DNA of 64,000 nucleotides. Origin: Thermoplasmata archaeon. Its GTDB lineage: Archaea > Thermoplasmatota > Thermoplasmata > GCA-020350865. Each line of letters starts with the position of its first letter. The stretch's first letter is position 1. Made by a program: the position numbers and the translations under genes. The notes under the pieces are model-generated. The model worked only from the letters and a program-made list of their open reading frames with translations. It was not told the DNA's origin and searched no databases. The stretch covers positions 2,197,613 to 2,261,612 of the forward strand of contig CP070751.1 in NCBI GenBank assembly GCA_020348445.1. Reading direction: 5' to 3'. This document shows, piece by piece, positions 61,957 to 64,000 of the stretch.

Positions 61957-62002
61957 AAAAATGAATAAGAAGATGCTAGGATTTGTTATATTCCTAGCAT
62001 CT
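61957..62002 (-). terminator. Hairpin plus U-rich tract downstream of small secreted gene D
   Basis: AGATGCTAGGA..TCCTAGCATCT perfect 11-bp stem, then UUCUUAUUCAUUUUU on the minus strand. Confidence 0.7.
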
Positions 62003-62041
62003 ACGAGTTATGTTTTCAATAGGATAGTTGGTCTACTTCTA

Positions 62042-62530
62042 TTAATCATAGCCGACTGCATCAATCTCTGGTCCATAGATTGTATCCCCTGGGCCAGTTG
62101 AGCCAGTCTCACCATTTATGTTGACAAAGCGCCAAAAGCTAGTAGGGGTAGTTCCTGTAGTAAAGTTATTGACCACTAAATCACTATGTCCACCTGTTCC
62201 TACGCAACTATCTCCCCAATCAGCTCTCCAAACTTCGATATAATAGTTCTCATCTTGTCCAGAACCTTGGGTTCCGTACACCCTAAGTATTGTAGAATCT
62301 GGTATTCCGACAAATCCAAAATCGAGCCATAGGTCTCCGGTTGCAGGATCGGGGATATTTGTCCCAACAGTTGCATAAGTAGTATCTGGTTCATCGAGTG
62401 CTTCTTCGGGATTCTCACAATCTGTATATGCATATACCGTTCCTGCATAGGTCCCAATTGCAACAGCTGAACCGCTCAATAGAATAGTTGCAATCAATAA
62501 TGTTCCAAATATCGCAATGTATTTTCTCAT
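62042..62530 (-). CDS. Small secreted acidic protein, IYGPEIDAVG family, copy D
   Basis: ATG at 62530 follows GGGAGGAGGTGA; SGSAVA; DCENP; DTIYGPEIDAVGYD. Confidence 0.88.
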   Translation of the reverse strand: MRKYIAIFGTLLIATILLSGSAVAIGTYAGTVYAYTDCENPEEALDEPDTTYATVGTNIPDPATGDLWLDFGFVGIPDSTILRVYGTQGSGQDENYYIEVWRADWGDSCVGTGGHSDLVVNNFTTGTTPTSFWRFVNINGETGSTGPGDTIYGPEIDAVGYD

Positions 62531-62777
62531 ATTCTTTATCACCTCCTCCCTTATCTAGGATTTTTATTTATACCTCACCTCACCATCTATTATCTTACAG
62601 CCCAAAAATATCAAAGGGCTGGTTCTAATAAGTATCAACTGGAATATCATGGTAATATCCTTCCTCTTCCGCTTTTTTATCACCTCCGTCCTCTTCATGT
62701 TTTTTGATGGCGTAATCACATTTCAAGAGGTAATGTTTCCCAACATGCCTTCCAATGCATAACAGTTGCTAGGCGAT

Positions 62778-62821
62778 GTATAAAAACGTTTTGTGGAACG
62801 TTCCGCAAAAGATTTTTATAC
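62778..62821. promoter_or_regulatory. 44-bp back-to-back BRE/TATA element, central palindrome type 2
   Basis: GTATAAAAACG-TTTT-GTGGAACGTTCCGC-AAAA-GATTTTTATAC; 19 of 22 positions pair across the centre. Confidence 0.75.
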
Positions 62822-62980
62822 TAGAAAATGTCCAGATAATAAAGTTATGCCAATTAGGGGAGAGGTAAGGAAATAATAGGTTGCCTAGCGGTCTGGAGTA
62901 TACTTTTTCACATGGTTAGTATTGAAATCTTAGAAGATGAGTTAAATCGTTTATCAATTTCCACTTTAGATTAAACCTGA

Positions 62981-64000
62981 TCAAAGAGGAACATCCCAAA
63001 CCTTTGTGACTTTGGAGTGAATATAGTATCCTCTTCCGATCTCGAAATAATCCGACGGTCCCATCTTTTCCCATCTTTGAGTACTCGAATCATAGGTCCA
63101 GATCGCATCGACATCAGATGGGAAGTCGATGTTGTTCAAAGCTGCGGTTCTATCCCTATTGCTCAGTGAGGGGTAGCCAACAAGATTCCAGCCCGAATGT
63201 AAAGCGATGTTCTGGTTTGCGGTTGGCCTTGTGCCATTATAGAAGAAGATAGTGTCTCCCGGCTGAGTTATATGAACCCAGATGCCCATTTTTTCGTTCA
63301 ACTCAAATAAATCGTTTCCATAAGGCTTGCCTTCTTTGTAATGTTTCCAGGGATCTTTTGTGTCGGTAATATTATACCATTGGACCGCATCATACAAGCC
63401 ATCGATGGACCTAAGCACTTTTGTCAGGTTTTGCTCTTTTTGGATCAGAGGTAGAGAAATAAGGTTCCAGCCCTGCTTTAAAATCATATAGTTTTTGTTA
63501 GGCTCGATAAGGGGATAGTTGTCTTGGGAATCTGAATCGATCACATAGGGATTCTTACCACCACCTCCAATCGTCCCGTTATCGACTATTCCATCATTGC
63601 CCAATATATCCTGACCTTCTCCATTATACTCATCATATGCCCCTTCACTTGATTCATCGAAATCTGACCAATAATTGCCGCCGGAAGGATAGCCATTGTC
63701 CCATTGGTTTGCATTATTCGTACCATCGTAAGCTTGAATTATATTGTTTATGATGTTGTTGTGGTAAATACTGTTATTTGTCGAGTCATTTAAATAGAAA
63801 CCATAGTTGCCGTTTGAAAAGACGGTATTACCGATAATGCCATTCCAGTTGGAAGAAGCGAGAAGGCGAATGCCATCATTATTGTTTAAAGAAACGTTGT
63901 TACCTGATATTTTATTGTCGTCTGATGATGAGGATACATTTATACCTTCTAAATTGTCTGAAATAACGTTACCCAAGATGTTGATATTTGATGACTGGAC
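62981..64000 (-). CDS. 3' part of a secreted parallel beta-helix protein with module X (5' end outside the window)
   Basis: The frame stays open to position 64000; the sequence closely parallels the C-terminal third of 43581-46220. Confidence 0.88.
   Translation of the reverse strand, partial: VQSSNINILGNVISDNLEGINVSSSSDDNKISGNNVSLNNNDGIRLLASSNWNGIIGNTVFSNGNYGFYLNDSTNNSIYHNNIINNIIQAYDGTNNANQWDNGYPSGGNYWSDFDESSEGAYDEYNGEGQDILGNDGIVDNGTIGGGGKNPYVIDSDSQDNYPLIEPNKNYMILKQGWNLISLPLIQKEQNLTKVLRSIDGLYDAVQWYNITDTKDPWKHYKEGKPYGNDLFELNEKMGIWVHITQPGDTIFFYNGTRPTANQNIALHSGWNLVGYPSLSNRDRTAALNNIDFPSDVDAIWTYDSSTQRWEKMGPSDYFEIGRGYYIHSKVTKVWDVPL

Noticed and set aside
62778-62821. 44-bp palindrome as a recombinase or protelomerase target
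   Set aside because: The outer symmetry is explained by two divergent BRE/TATA boxes, the core has no asymmetric spacer, and no such enzyme is encoded here.
39538-64000. Integron-like cassette array (attC sites)
   Set aside because: The cassette-like layout is suggestive, but the inter-gene hairpins lack consistent RYYYAAC/GTTRRRY ends and extended attC symmetry. They look like RNA terminators, and no integrase is in the window.
39538-64000. Diversity-generating retroelement or CRISPR array
   Set aside because: No reverse transcriptase, no template/variable repeat pair with adenine-only differences, and no regularly spaced short repeats with unique spacers.
1-64000. tRNA/rRNA genes and IS elements
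   Set aside because: No cloverleaf or T-loop signature, rRNA-like tract, transposase ORF or terminal inverted repeat pair was recognised by eye. A tRNAscan-SE/Infernal/ISEScan run would be decisive.

Overview
Archaeal chromosomal window. A Thermoplasmatota-like origin is inferred from PolD small subunit DP1, DUF835, DUF131 and GGAGGTGA-type SD/TATA-BRE signals. About 1-39.5 kb is mostly housekeeping: ileS (with an unusual zinc-ribbon/DUF835 extension), purA, a TtuA/Ncs6-like thiolase, a sirtuin, a DUF1015-serC-serA cluster, trkAH, DP1, thiL-amrS, accC, a glycosylation cluster and serS. A small cluster of secreted proteins interrupts it at 21.4-27.8 kb. From 39.5 kb to the window end is an array of large secreted proteins (parallel beta-helix/NosD-like, beta-propeller, CARDB, PKD). 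Nine large proteins in the window end in one of two related C-terminal modules, called X and Y here. Four large genes are each preceded by a small secreted protein with an invariant IYGPEIDAVG end. These units carry repeated non-coding parts: 44-bp back-to-back BRE/TATA elements with a central palindrome, long conserved leaders and G-U-compensated hairpin terminators. They also show signs of module swapping: in-frame relics of tail X behind two tail-Y genes, and patchwork similarity among paralogs. No recombinase, reverse transcriptase, CRISPR array, tRNA or rRNA gene was recognised. All family assignments come from motifs read by eye; no database search was run.
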